Notes under the pieces: model-generated
What the model was told of the DNA's origin: nothing
The model's input: only the letters and a program-made list of their open reading frames with translations
Database searches by the model: none
Position numbers and translations under genes: made by a program
Shown here: positions 1-9,049 of the stretch, in pieces
Numbering within the stretch: the first letter of the stretch is position 1
Layout: every line of letters starts with the position of its first letter
NCBI GenBank assembly: GCA_963732175.1
Contig: CAVSYF010000002.1
Span: 136,564 to 200,563, forward strand
DNA: 64,000 bases
Source of the DNA: Bryobacterales bacterium
GTDB taxonomy: Bacteria; Acidobacteriota; Terriglobia; Bryobacterales; Bryobacteraceae
Direction of reading: 5' to 3'

Positions 1-1615
1 CCATCATCAGGTTGGCTCCGACGCTGAAATTTTCGCCCTCGTTGGCGATCACCATGGCTTCGAAATTGCGGTTGGTCTCCTCCAGGCCCGCATGCAGCAT
101 GGCGATGTTGTCTTCGCCCAGGGAATTCATCTTGCTGTGGAACTCGACGCACAGCACGCCATCGCCCAGGTCGACGAGCGACGCGCCGGCGTTTTTCTGG
201 ATCACGCCATTCGAACGCGTTTCCGATCGGCCAGAGACAGGATGCCGGGGCGCGGCTGGATGGGCTGATAATCGTTGCGAAGAAAATCGAAATACTGGGT
301 GACCGGGCGGCCGTTGGGTTCGGGAGGGCGATAGAGCGAGATCACTCCGCGCGCCAGACGCGTTCTTGATGTTTGAGGGAAGCGTCCGGTGATCCATCTC
401 CAGCCGCGTGATGACATCCACAAACCCGAGCGCATCCCAAAGCTCGAAGGGGCCGAGTTTGTTGGCGTATCCCCAGCGCATGGCGCGATCGATCTCGACC
501 ATGCGATCCGAGATTTCCGGAATCATTTCGGCGGAGTAGAGGAACAGGTCGCTCAAGACCTTCCACAGAAAGCGGCCGGCGCGATCGTCGGAGCGCAACA
601 GGGTCTTCAGGCGCTCGCCGAGATCTTCGATGTTGCGCGCCGCTTCGACCGAAGGAAACCGGGGCTTCGAGGCGGGATGGTATTCGAGCGTCTTCCAATC
701 CAGCGCGAGGATCTCTTTCGAGTCGCCTTTGCCGATCCGCTTGTAGAAACCTTGGCCCATCTTGTCGCCGAGCCACTTGCGTTCGAGCATTTTCTTCTCG
801 AATTCGAGCGGGAGAAAACGATCGCGCCACGGATCGTTCGGAACAAGATTGTACAGATTTGTTCCAACGAACGCCCAAACATCCAGGCCGACGATATCGA
901 GCAGCCGGAAGCTGGCGCTATTCGGCAGGCCGATCAGCGGGCCGGTGAGCGCGTCGACCTCTTCGATGGTGAAATCCTCTTCGACCATCGTCTTCGCGAT
1001 GGTGCCGGCGAAGAAGCTGCCGATGCGGTTGGCGATGAAGTTGGGCGTGTCCTTGGCGTGGACCACGCCTTTGCCGAGCCGATGGTCGGCGAACTCCTCG
1101 ACGTCGGCCAGAATCCGCGGGTCGGTTTCCGGCCCGGGGATCAATTCCATCAGGTGGAGATAGCGCGGCGGATTGAAGAAATGCGTCCCGAGGAAATGAC
1201 GGCGGAAATCGGGCGAGAAGCCTTCCGAAATTTGCGCGAGCGGAATGCCGCTGGTGTTGGTGGAAAGGATGGCGTCGGGGTTGCGGTTGCTCTCCACTTT
1301 GCGCCAGAGGTCGCGCTTGGGCTCGAGGTTTTCGACGATGGCTTCGATGATCCAATCGCATTCAGCGAGCTGACCGAGGTCATCCTCGAAATTGCCAGGC
1401 TGGATGAGCGCTGCTTTGTCTTCGGTGAAGAATCCGCCGGGGCGCTGCTTGAGCGCGTTCTCAATCCCTTTGCGAGCGGCGGCGTTACGATCGGCCTGAC
1501 CGGCGAGGACGACATCGAGCAGGAGCGAAGGGATGCCCGCGTTCGCGAAGTGCGCGGCAATGCGAGCTCCCATCGTGCCGGCCCCGAGCACAGCTACGCG
1601 ACGAATAGTGCGCAT
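1..1615 (-). pseudogene. 3-hydroxyacyl-CoA dehydrogenase / enoyl-CoA hydratase fusion (FadN-like); C-terminus lies beyond the window edge; frame disrupted twice (compensating pair)
   Basis: There is no stop inside the window, so this gene is absent from the ORF track. Minus-strand translation from ATG 1615..1613 reads MRTIRRVAVLGAGTMGARIAAHFANAGIP (Rossmann GxGxxG). It stays open and is codon-aligned antisense to the listed + ORF 389..1624. The window-proximal end reads GASLVDLGDGVLCVEFHSKMNSLG...AMVIANEGENFSVGANLMM (crotonase-like). Between about 360 and 220 the plausible peptide ISLYRPPEPNGRPVTQYFDFLRNDYQPIQ sits in the frame of ORF 202..435. Confidence 0.8.
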
Positions 1616-1627
1616 GATCCTTGATGA

Positions 1628-2383
1628 TTATAGCGAACGCCGTTTTTTGGCCCGAATGCGGATGCGGCGGTAGTCGAGCGTCCAGATGCCGTCGCGGAAC
1701 TGCGTGGGACGGAGCTGCTCGATCAGTTCGGGAATCCGGGCGACTCCGTCATCGCCGGCTAAATCGCGAAGGTAGGCCCCGCAGAACATGCGGAGCCAGT
1801 CGTCCATCGCATTCGCGCCTTCAAGCACCGTGGGCCGATCGAAGAGGCTCGCCTGGCGCACTTCCAAGCCGTGACGTTCGAGCAACACGGCGTATTCGCT
1901 AATGCTCGGATAAAACCACGGCGAGCGATCATCGGCAAGGCGGCCGAATACGGCGCGCAAGGCGGCTTGAACCGAAGCTATGTTGCCGTTGCCGCCGAAC
2001 TCAGCCACGAAGCGTCCACCGGTTCGCAACGACTGTGCAATCGATTCAACCGCACCTTCCGCATTTTTCACCCAATGCAGAGCCGCATTGGAGAACACGG
2101 CGTCGAAGGGATCGGCGAAGCGGTAGCTAGTGGCATCGGAGAGGACGAAGGTGAGCGCCGGGTAGTTTTCTCTGGCCTTGCGCAGCATTTCCTCGGAGCG
2201 ATCCAGGCCTACCACCTCGGCGCCGGATTTCGCGATTTCTGCCGTTAGCTGCCCGGTGCCGCATCCGACATCAAGAATTCGTTCGCCGGCCAGCGGCTGC
2301 AGCAGTTCGAGGAGGCCGGCCCCAAACTTCCAAACGTAGGAGTGACTATTTTCGTAGCGCTGCGCGTCCCAGTTGGAACTCAC
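1628..2383 (-). CDS. class I SAM-dependent methyltransferase (trans-aconitate methyltransferase-like)
   Basis: Intact 251-aa ORF with SAM motif I (ILDVGCGTGQLT). The length and layout are typical of Tam-like enzymes. Its ATG overlaps the stop of the upstream ORF (ATGA). Confidence 0.85.
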   Translation of the reverse strand: MSSNWDAQRYENSHSYVWKFGAGLLELLQPLAGERILDVGCGTGQLTAEIAKSGAEVVGLDRSEEMLRKARENYPALTFVLSDATSYRFADPFDAVFSNAALHWVKNAEGAVESIAQSLRTGGRFVAEFGGNGNIASVQAALRAVFGRLADDRSPWFYPSISEYAVLLERHGLEVRQASLFDRPTVLEGANAMDDWLRMFCGAYLRDLAGDDGVARIPELIEQLRPTQFRDGIWTLDYRRIRIRAKKRRSL

Positions 2384-2694
2384 GCCTTTTTGCTGCGCGT
2401 TTTCGTCTTCTTGAGAGCCTTTTCTGCGTCCTCTGGGTCGTCGGGCGGGTCTGCCGGAGCGGCTGCCGCGGTGGCGGGCATGGTGGCGAGCACTTCCTTG
2501 AACAGCTCCTGTTTCTTCAGTTCTTTTTTGGAGGGGGGAGCTTGCTCATGCCGGTAATCGTGATCGTGGTAACAGGTCCGGCAGCGCACCTTCGCCGGTT
2601 CTCCAGTCACTAGGGATACGATCGCGTGATTAGTGATCCGGCGGCACTTTATGCAGTGGTCATCGATCACATCGCCGAGGCGAAAATCCGACAT
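2380..2694 (-). CDS. small zinc-ribbon protein with K/E/P-rich tail, unknown function
   Basis: 104-aa ORF with CIKC...CRTC cysteine pairs. It is translationally coupled to the methyltransferase. Confidence 0.65.
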   Translation of the reverse strand: MSDFRLGDVIDDHCIKCRRITNHAIVSLVTGEPAKVRCRTCYHDHDYRHEQAPPSKKELKKQELFKEVLATMPATAAAAPADPPDDPEDAEKALKKTKTRSKKA

Positions 2695-2724
2695 AAGAGA
2701 GAAAGCGACGCTTTGCTCAGTGTA

Positions 2725-3240
2725 TCAAAGTTGAAAAACGAGCAGCCCTACAATAGCCGCACCCAGCATGATCCAGAGCGAGTCGACGCGCGTGAGGGCG
2801 ATCAACCCGACGCTGACGGCGACGATCGCAAAGGAGAGCGGTCCCGTGATGGCGTCACGCGCGAGCGGCACGGAAGCGGATGCCAGCAGGCCGGCCCCAC
2901 CCAAGAGAACTGCTCGCGTCACGGCTTGAGCTCTCGGATGCTCGGCGCGCATTCCGAGGAATCGGATCATGGGGATGATCAGGAACGCCGGAGTAATCAT
3001 CGCCAGCCAACCGGCACAGGCTCCCGGTATGCCCGCCACCAGATAACCGACGGCGACGATGTAGATTCCCAGCGGACCAGGGCCAATTCGTCCGGCCGCG
3101 AGCGCGGTGTTGAGCTGGCGGTCCGTGAGGGCGTGATGCCGCACCACAAAATCCGCGCGAACCATCGGCAGCGATGCCAGGCCGCTGAAAGACGTCAGAG
3201 TGGCCTTGAGCAGCAGCAGGTAAACGACGATGATGTTCAT
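2725..3240 (-). CDS. chrA: chromate transporter family protein (short-chain CHR, second half of pair)
   Basis: Internal ATG at 3240 of the listed ORF 2725..3657 gives MNIIVVYLLLLKATLTSFSGLASLP..., a multi-TM CHR-like protein. This ATG overlaps the upstream stop (ATGA at 3237..3240). The longer N-terminal extension in the ORF track is Arg-rich out-of-frame overlap. Confidence 0.8.
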   Translation of the reverse strand: MNIIVVYLLLLKATLTSFSGLASLPMVRADFVVRHHALTDRQLNTALAAGRIGPGPLGIYIVAVGYLVAGIPGACAGWLAMITPAFLIIPMIRFLGMRAEHPRAQAVTRAVLLGGAGLLASASVPLARDAITGPLSFAIVAVSVGLIALTRVDSLWIMLGAAIVGLLVFQL

Positions 3241-3782
3241 GGTTCCACCCAGAAGAAACCGACGGCCGCGGTGATGCCGATGACGGACAACGGCGAGAGG
3301 CCGGCCCAGGAAAGCGCAAAGGCCCCGGCGGCGACGGAAACGGGCCGCAGCCAATCCATTCGCGAACACTGCGAGCGGACCAGTACGACAGCGGCGCCCA
3401 ACATAGTCCCAACGCCGGCCGCTACCAGAGCCGCGATCACCGCGCGAGCCAAAGGGTAAGCGTTTCCCACTTCGCCCGCGCGCGTTAGCCAAATCACGAG
3501 GATGGTTCCACCGATGGTGCTGCCCAACACGGCGGCGACCGCGCCGGCGAGGCCCGCCAGATACCATCCGCTGGCCGCGCAGAACGCCAGAAAGTTTGTG
3601 CCGGGCGTCAGGCGCGCGAGACCGAAGGCCAGGCCAAACTTCTGCGGACTTAGCCAACCGCGGCGGTCGAATTCGCGCTGCAGAATCGCGATGGCGGGGA
3701 AGCCGCCGCCGAACACGGTGGTGCCCACGCGAAAGAACAGCCGGGTGACTTCAGATAGACGAGCTTGAGGCATCGGAGCCAA
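3237..3782 (-). CDS. chrA: chromate transporter family protein (short-chain CHR, first half of pair)
   Basis: 181-aa ORF with the CHR signature FFRVGTTVFGGGFPAIAILQREF and several hydrophobic helices. Confidence 0.8.
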   Translation of the reverse strand: MAPMPQARLSEVTRLFFRVGTTVFGGGFPAIAILQREFDRRGWLSPQKFGLAFGLARLTPGTNFLAFCAASGWYLAGLAGAVAAVLGSTIGGTILVIWLTRAGEVGNAYPLARAVIAALVAAGVGTMLGAAVVLVRSQCSRMDWLRPVSVAAGAFALSWAGLSPLSVIGITAAVGFFWVEP

Positions 3783-3822
3783 TGTAGCAGGCGCAAGCCG
3801 AAGGGAGTCGAACGTGCGTGAG

Positions 3823-5889
3823 TTACGGGGCCGCAGTAGGCGTAGGCGCAGCGGCTGAAGCTGGCTTAGTAGTCCACTCGCCGATCCATTCCAGGAAGGA
3901 CTGATACCACAGCACGCTGTTCTGCGGCTTCAGAACCCAGTGGCCTTCGTCAGGAAACATCAGCAGCTTGGAGGGAACTTTCTGTAGTTGCAGCGCGGTG
4001 AAAAGCTGCAGCCCTTGCGTGTAGGGGACCCGGAAATCCTGCTCGCCGTGAATTACCAGCGTGGGCGTATGGAAGTCCTTTACGTAAGTACTCGGCGACC
4101 ATTTTTCGTAAGAATCGGGATTATCCCAGGGCGTTCCGTTGAACTCCCACAGCGGGAACCACAGCTCTTCGGTAGCGCCAAACTCACTGCGCAGGTCGTA
4201 CACACCCGCGTGCGACACGATCGCTTTGAATCGCTGGGTGTGGCCGAGCATCCAGTCCATCATGTAACCGCCATACGATCCGCCCGCGGCCGCCATGCGA
4301 TCCGGGTCGGCATAGGGCAGGGAAGCGACGTGGTCCGTTACAGCCATCAGATCGTCGTAGGGTTTGCCACCCCAATCATCCTTGATGTCTTCAGTGAATT
4401 TCTGACCGTATCCGGTTGATCCTCTTGGGTTTGGCATAACCACCACGTAGCCCGCTCCGGCGAACACTTGCGCATTCCATCGATAGGTCCAGCTTTCGCC
4501 CCAATCGCCTTCGGGACCGCCATGAACCAGCAACAGAACCGGATACTTTTGATTTGGATTGAAGTCCGGCGGCTTCACCAGGAAACTTTGAATGCGCGTG
4601 CCGTCGCTCGAATCCACCCAGAATTCTTCGAGCGGGGTCAGTACATGTGAACCGAGCACCGCATCATTCAGATGCGTGAGAGCTACGGGCGTTCCACCGC
4701 TCGAAGCGGCGCGATAAATCTCGGCCGGCGCTGAACCGGTTTCCGCGGTGTAGATCATGATCTTGCCGTCACTCGACAACTGCATGTCGTCGAGCGTGCT
4801 GGAGCCGCTCACAATCACCCGGCTCGCGCCGCCCGCCGTCGGAATCATCTCGATGCTTTGCCGGCCGCGATCCTGCACGGTGAAGAACAAGGCGTTCGAA
4901 TCCTGCGACCAGGTGAAGCTTTCGACGGCCCGGTCGAGCGAATCGGTAACGGCGTTCACGTGGCCAGTGGCCCGCTCGAGCACATTCAGCTTCCAGCGAT
5001 CGCTCTCGTAACCGGCGCGCGCCTGGCTGCGATAGGCCAGCCATTTGCCGTCGGGCGAATACTGCGGGCTGGCATCGGCGCCCGGATTCAATGTGATCTT
5101 CTTAGAATCGCCGCCGGTGATGGGCACCACGAAGAGGTCGGAATTGGTGCTGGTGGCGGGCACCGGGTCGGCGTTCATGGTGTAGCAGACTTCTTTGGAA
5201 TCGGGCGAGATGGCGTAGTCGTCCGGGCCGCCCAAGGAAAACGGGGGAACATCGCGGTCGCCCGGCGTCAGGTCCTTCGCAGGACCGCCCTCGACGTCGA
5301 CTACCAGAAGATGCGAGCGCCGCTTGGTCTGCCATTCGGTCCAGTGCCGATAGAGCAGGCTGGTGTAGCTGCGCGCCTTCACTTTGCTGTTCTTTTCGGC
5401 GTCCAGGCGATTCTTGTTGCAGGAGTCGTCGGCACAATCAGGGAAGACATTGCTGGTGAATAGCAGCTTCTTGCCGTCGGGCGAAAACAGCTCGCCGCCG
5501 GCTTCGGTGGACAGATTGGTGACCTGGCGCGGCTGGGACCCATCGGCATTCATGATCCAAACCTGGGCCGAACCGCCGCGGTCGGAAATGAACGCGATGC
5601 GTTTGGAGTCGGGCGACCATTGCGGGCGCTCGTTGTCGCTCCCTTGGGTGGTGATCTGGAGAGGCGCGCCGCCGCTGGATGGAACGACGTAGATCTGCTT
5701 TGGTTTGATGTTCTGCGCCACGTCGACGGTCTGGACGGTGAAGGCGACCGTTTTGGCGTCGGGCGAAAGTTGGGGTTCGCCGATTCGCGCAAGTTTCAGC
5801 AGCGCCTGTACGTCGAAGGGCTGTTTTTGAGCCGCAAGCGTGGCTGCCACAAGCAGCGAAATGGCCGCGGTTCGCAGCGACAAGAGCAT
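3823..5889 (-). CDS. S9 family serine peptidase (prolyl oligopeptidase/acylaminoacyl-peptidase type) with N-terminal TolB-like beta-propeller, secreted
   Basis: Intact 688-aa ORF. It has a signal peptide, WD40-like PD40 repeats (PQWSPDSKRIAF, PQYSPDGKWLAY), the nucleophile motif GGSYGG and a C-terminal alpha/beta-hydrolase region. Confidence 0.9.
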   Translation of the reverse strand: MLLSLRTAAISLLVAATLAAQKQPFDVQALLKLARIGEPQLSPDAKTVAFTVQTVDVAQNIKPKQIYVVPSSGGAPLQITTQGSDNERPQWSPDSKRIAFISDRGGSAQVWIMNADGSQPRQVTNLSTEAGGELFSPDGKKLLFTSNVFPDCADDSCNKNRLDAEKNSKVKARSYTSLLYRHWTEWQTKRRSHLLVVDVEGGPAKDLTPGDRDVPPFSLGGPDDYAISPDSKEVCYTMNADPVPATSTNSDLFVVPITGGDSKKITLNPGADASPQYSPDGKWLAYRSQARAGYESDRWKLNVLERATGHVNAVTDSLDRAVESFTWSQDSNALFFTVQDRGRQSIEMIPTAGGASRVIVSGSSTLDDMQLSSDGKIMIYTAETGSAPAEIYRAASSGGTPVALTHLNDAVLGSHVLTPLEEFWVDSSDGTRIQSFLVKPPDFNPNQKYPVLLLVHGGPEGDWGESWTYRWNAQVFAGAGYVVVMPNPRGSTGYGQKFTEDIKDDWGGKPYDDLMAVTDHVASLPYADPDRMAAAGGSYGGYMMDWMLGHTQRFKAIVSHAGVYDLRSEFGATEELWFPLWEFNGTPWDNPDSYEKWSPSTYVKDFHTPTLVIHGEQDFRVPYTQGLQLFTALQLQKVPSKLLMFPDEGHWVLKPQNSVLWYQSFLEWIGEWTTKPASAAAPTPTAAP

Positions 5890-5928
5890 ATGACTCGATT
5901 GTAAGCCAGCGATGCGAGGGCGGGAGGG

Positions 5929-6747
5929 CTACAGCGCCAACTGCCCCTCGTACTCCATGTCAGAAAGCTTGAACTTCTCGTCCACCTTGATCCCGCGCAT
6001 CTCGAAAATGAATTCTACTTCCTTGTCGCCCGTGACGATCACCTTGCTGCGTGGAAAGAGATAGCGGATGGCGTCGGAGCCGTTCGGCCCCTCGAACTGG
6101 ACATCCTCAGCGTAGATGGAACTCTTACCCTTGGGATTAAGCTGGGCGGCATCGATGAACTGCGACCGCAAACGATCATTGCTCTGGTTGCTTTGACCGT
6201 TGCTGGACGTGTTCTGGTCGTCCGAGTTGCCGTAGCCATTGCGTTGCTGGGGCAGCCGGTATCCCAGTAGCGCGATCACATAATCCTTGGGCGTGGCATC
6301 GGCCAGAGCTTTGGATTCGTCCGCCGACAAGCTGTTCTGGCGTTTCAAAGCAGCGACAACCGGTGTGGCGCTTTCCCAACGGATGGTCAGGTTCATGGGA
6401 CTCGCGTTCGTTCCTCCGCCACTGCCACCGCTCGGGTACCCGCCACCACCGCCGCCCGGATAACCACCGCCACCACCTGGGTAACCGCCTCCGCCTCCCG
6501 GATAGCCTCCTCCGAGGCCGCCGCCGGGAAAGCCAAAGCCGCCCCTGCGACCCATGCCGCGGCGCTGGCCGGCGCCCTGCGGCGCGATCGTCTTCTCTTT
6601 CGCCCAGGGCGAGTCGGTCAGCAGCTTGTTGACCTCATCACTCGTCCATTGGCTTGAATCCTTGGTCTTCCAGAAATCCGCTGCGAAGAGCATTGCGGCA
6701 CAGGCTGTTCCGGCCAGGCCGAGCTGCAGAAGCCGATTATATTTCAT
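5929..6747 (-). CDS. secreted protein of unknown function with glycine/tyrosine/proline-rich repeat
   Basis: 272-aa ORF with a signal peptide (LGLAGTACAAMLFA). An internal (GGGGYP)n tract is followed by a structured C-terminal domain. Confidence 0.75.
   Translation of the reverse strand: MKYNRLLQLGLAGTACAAMLFAADFWKTKDSSQWTSDEVNKLLTDSPWAKEKTIAPQGAGQRRGMGRRGGFGFPGGGLGGGYPGGGGGYPGGGGGYPGGGGGGYPSGGSGGGTNASPMNLTIRWESATPVVAALKRQNSLSADESKALADATPKDYVIALLGYRLPQQRNGYGNSDDQNTSSNGQSNQSNDRLRSQFIDAAQLNPKGKSSIYAEDVQFEGPNGSDAIRYLFPRSKVIVTGDKEVEFIFEMRGIKVDEKFKLSDMEYEGQLAL
6412..6558 (-). repeat. coding low-complexity tandem repeat (GGGGYP units)
   Basis: Residues about 64-112 of the 5929..6747 product read GMGRRGGFGFPGGGLGGGYPGGGGGYPGGGGGYPGGGGGGYPSGGSGGG. 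The DNA shows an imperfect ggataaccaccgccacc-type periodicity. Confidence 0.7.
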
Positions 6748-6861
6748 CTAAACACGCAAGACGCTGCCGTTACCCGCCACGTTACGCTAAACTCAGCAGT
6801 TGCGGCATTTTTCGGCTAACCTGTTGCTAAGCACGTACGTCCTAAGCTCATTCGTCTCATC

Positions 6862-9033
6862 ATGAAATTCTGCTTTGGTATCGCATTTATTTGTTTTGCT
6901 TGTAGCGCGTTGGAGGCGGAAACCTCTCCGGATGCCCTGCACATCCTGGCGACGGCGCCGCTTCGGTTCGAACCGGCTCCCCAGAATGGCCCAGCTCCCT
7001 TTGTGGCGCGCGGGCTCCGGTTTCGTTACGATTTCGCTCCCAGTCAGGCCACCCTTCACGCCCGCGGCAAGTCGGTACGTCTCCAGTTCGAAGGCGCAAC
7101 GTCTGGGGCCAGCATCCACGGCGACGAAAAGCTGGCTTCCAAGACCAATTACTACCTGGGCAATGATCGTAGCAAGTGGCGTACGTCGGTTCCCAATTTC
7201 GGACGGCTTTCGGTGCACAATCTGTATCCCGGAATTGATCTGGTCTATTACGGAAGGCCGAGCGAATTGGAGTATGACCTAAGCGTGAAACCGGGCGCGG
7301 ATCCATCCAGCATCCGCCTTCGCCTCACGGGCAGCCGTGCGCAGCTCGACCGGAAGGGCAACTTGATTTCCGAGTTGATTCAGAAGCGGCCGGTCGCCTA
7401 TCAAATCGGCCAAGACGGCAAGCGCATAGCGGTGGCGAGCCGATATCGCCGGAATGCCGACGGGACCTACGGATTCACGCTGGGCCGTTATGACCATGGG
7501 CGCGACTTGGTCATCGACCCGGTATTGACCACCGCCGTGTATGTGGCCGGTTCCGAGCAGGACATCGCTTACGGTATCGGTCACGATTCCAACGGTCTCC
7601 TTTATATCTCGGGAACCACGCTATCGACCGACTTCCAGCCGGCGGGTACACCCGATCAACCGATCGCCGGCGGCGGTTTCGATCTGTTCCTCACGGTCAT
7701 CAATCCAGTCAACTCGGCGCTGTACTACAGCAGCTATATCGGCGGCTCCCTGGACGAAACCTTCGGCGGCATGAGTGTCGGCCCGCATGGCGATGTTTAT
7801 CTGACCGGTGCGACGGCGTCGGCGGACTTCCCGACGGCGAATCCCTACCAAAGCGTCCCCGCCACTCCGCCCACAAGCACCACCAGCACCACCACGCCCC
7901 CAACTCCCGTCAATGCCTTTATCGCCTGGTTTGACGGTTCTCAGACCTTGCGCTACTCGACTTTCATTGGAGGCACCGGCACGTTGGATATCGGCCTTGC
8001 GATCGCGGCCGATTCCCAGGGCAGGCTGTGGGTGACTGGCGACACCGATTCGGCCGATTTTCCCCAACTCAATCCCATGCAGATTTATGGCGGCATGCAG
8101 GACATGTTTGTGGTGGGTATTGATCCGTCCCAGTCCGGCGCCGCGACGCTCATCTACTCCAGTTTTCTAGGAGGCACCGGATGGGATATCGGACACAGCA
8201 TTGCCGTTGCGCCGGACGGAACGCTGTGGATCGCGGCAGGCACGTCGTCCTTCGACATCAACATCGTTGGGCCCTGCTTTCAGTGCTCGTATCAGGGAGG
8301 CGGCGACGGCTATGTGGCCCAGGTGAATCCGACGCTGAGCGGCGCCAACGCGTTAGTATTTGCGACTTACTTGGGCGGCAGCAATCTGGAAGAGGCGAAA
8401 AGCATCGTGCTCGATCCCGCCGGCCGGATCATCGTGAGCGGATACACTCTTTCCTCTAATTTCCCCGTGACTGCCAACGCGTTGCAGCCGCAATTCGGCG
8501 GAGCTACGGATGCCTTCGTGACTGTCCTGGATCTTTCCAAGACGCCGTCATCGGCCACTCTGGCATATTCCACCTATTTCGGCGGCTCCGATGTCGATGT
8601 TCCGTTCGACATGAAGCAGGACGCCAATGGGTTTGTGTATCTCTCTGGTTACACGCTTTCGTATGGACTGCCGGCCAGCGCGAACGCGCTGCAGACCCAG
8701 TTTGACGGGACCATGGATGCATTCGCTTTGAAGCTGGCGCTGCCCACCGAGGTGGCGCCCGCGGGAAGAAACAACGCCATCAGCTACTTCACGTACCTTG
8801 GTAGCGACGGCTTGCAGATCGGCTACGGCATCGATTTCGATAACCAAGGCAACATCTACCTGGACGGGTTCACCAGCGGTCCGATTTTCGACCCGTTCGG
8901 TGGTCCGTCGAAGACCACGAGTGCCGGCAATGTGGACGTTTTCGTGGCCGGATTTAGCCCCACAGCTTCGCTTTCGACCAGCGATCGCGAAAAGCGCGTG
9001 CCCGAACGGGAGGCTAGTCTAACTGGCCGCTAG
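6862..9033 (+). CDS. secreted beta-propeller repeat protein (SBBP-like repeats)
   Basis: Intact 723-aa ORF with a signal peptide. Units of the type GxTxSxDFPxxNAxQ....GGxDAFV recur about 8 times. It also contains a Thr/Pro-rich linker (PATPPTSTTSTTTPPTP). Confidence 0.85.
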   Translation: MKFCFGIAFICFACSALEAETSPDALHILATAPLRFEPAPQNGPAPFVARGLRFRYDFAPSQATLHARGKSVRLQFEGATSGASIHGDEKLASKTNYYLGNDRSKWRTSVPNFGRLSVHNLYPGIDLVYYGRPSELEYDLSVKPGADPSSIRLRLTGSRAQLDRKGNLISELIQKRPVAYQIGQDGKRIAVASRYRRNADGTYGFTLGRYDHGRDLVIDPVLTTAVYVAGSEQDIAYGIGHDSNGLLYISGTTLSTDFQPAGTPDQPIAGGGFDLFLTVINPVNSALYYSSYIGGSLDETFGGMSVGPHGDVYLTGATASADFPTANPYQSVPATPPTSTTSTTTPPTPVNAFIAWFDGSQTLRYSTFIGGTGTLDIGLAIAADSQGRLWVTGDTDSADFPQLNPMQIYGGMQDMFVVGIDPSQSGAATLIYSSFLGGTGWDIGHSIAVAPDGTLWIAAGTSSFDINIVGPCFQCSYQGGGDGYVAQVNPTLSGANALVFATYLGGSNLEEAKSIVLDPAGRIIVSGYTLSSNFPVTANALQPQFGGATDAFVTVLDLSKTPSSATLAYSTYFGGSDVDVPFDMKQDANGFVYLSGYTLSYGLPASANALQTQFDGTMDAFALKLALPTEVAPAGRNNAISYFTYLGSDGLQIGYGIDFDNQGNIYLDGFTSGPIFDPFGGPSKTTSAGNVDVFVAGFSPTASLSTSDREKRVPEREASLTGR

Positions 9034-9049
9034 TAACCCAAAGATCCGG

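Noticed and set aside
389-1624. 411-aa + strand ORF, the longest ORF listed in the first 1.6 kb
   Set aside because: It is codon-aligned antisense to the fadN-like gene. Its translation is low-complexity (R/A/E/G-rich) with no motifs, while the minus strand gives a textbook Rossmann N-terminus. This is a high-GC shadow ORF.
2725-3657. 310-aa version of the second chrA-like ORF
   Set aside because: The first ~139 residues are Arg/Gly-rich and overlap the upstream chrA half in another frame. ATG 3240 with an ATGA overlap gives a sensible 171-aa membrane protein.
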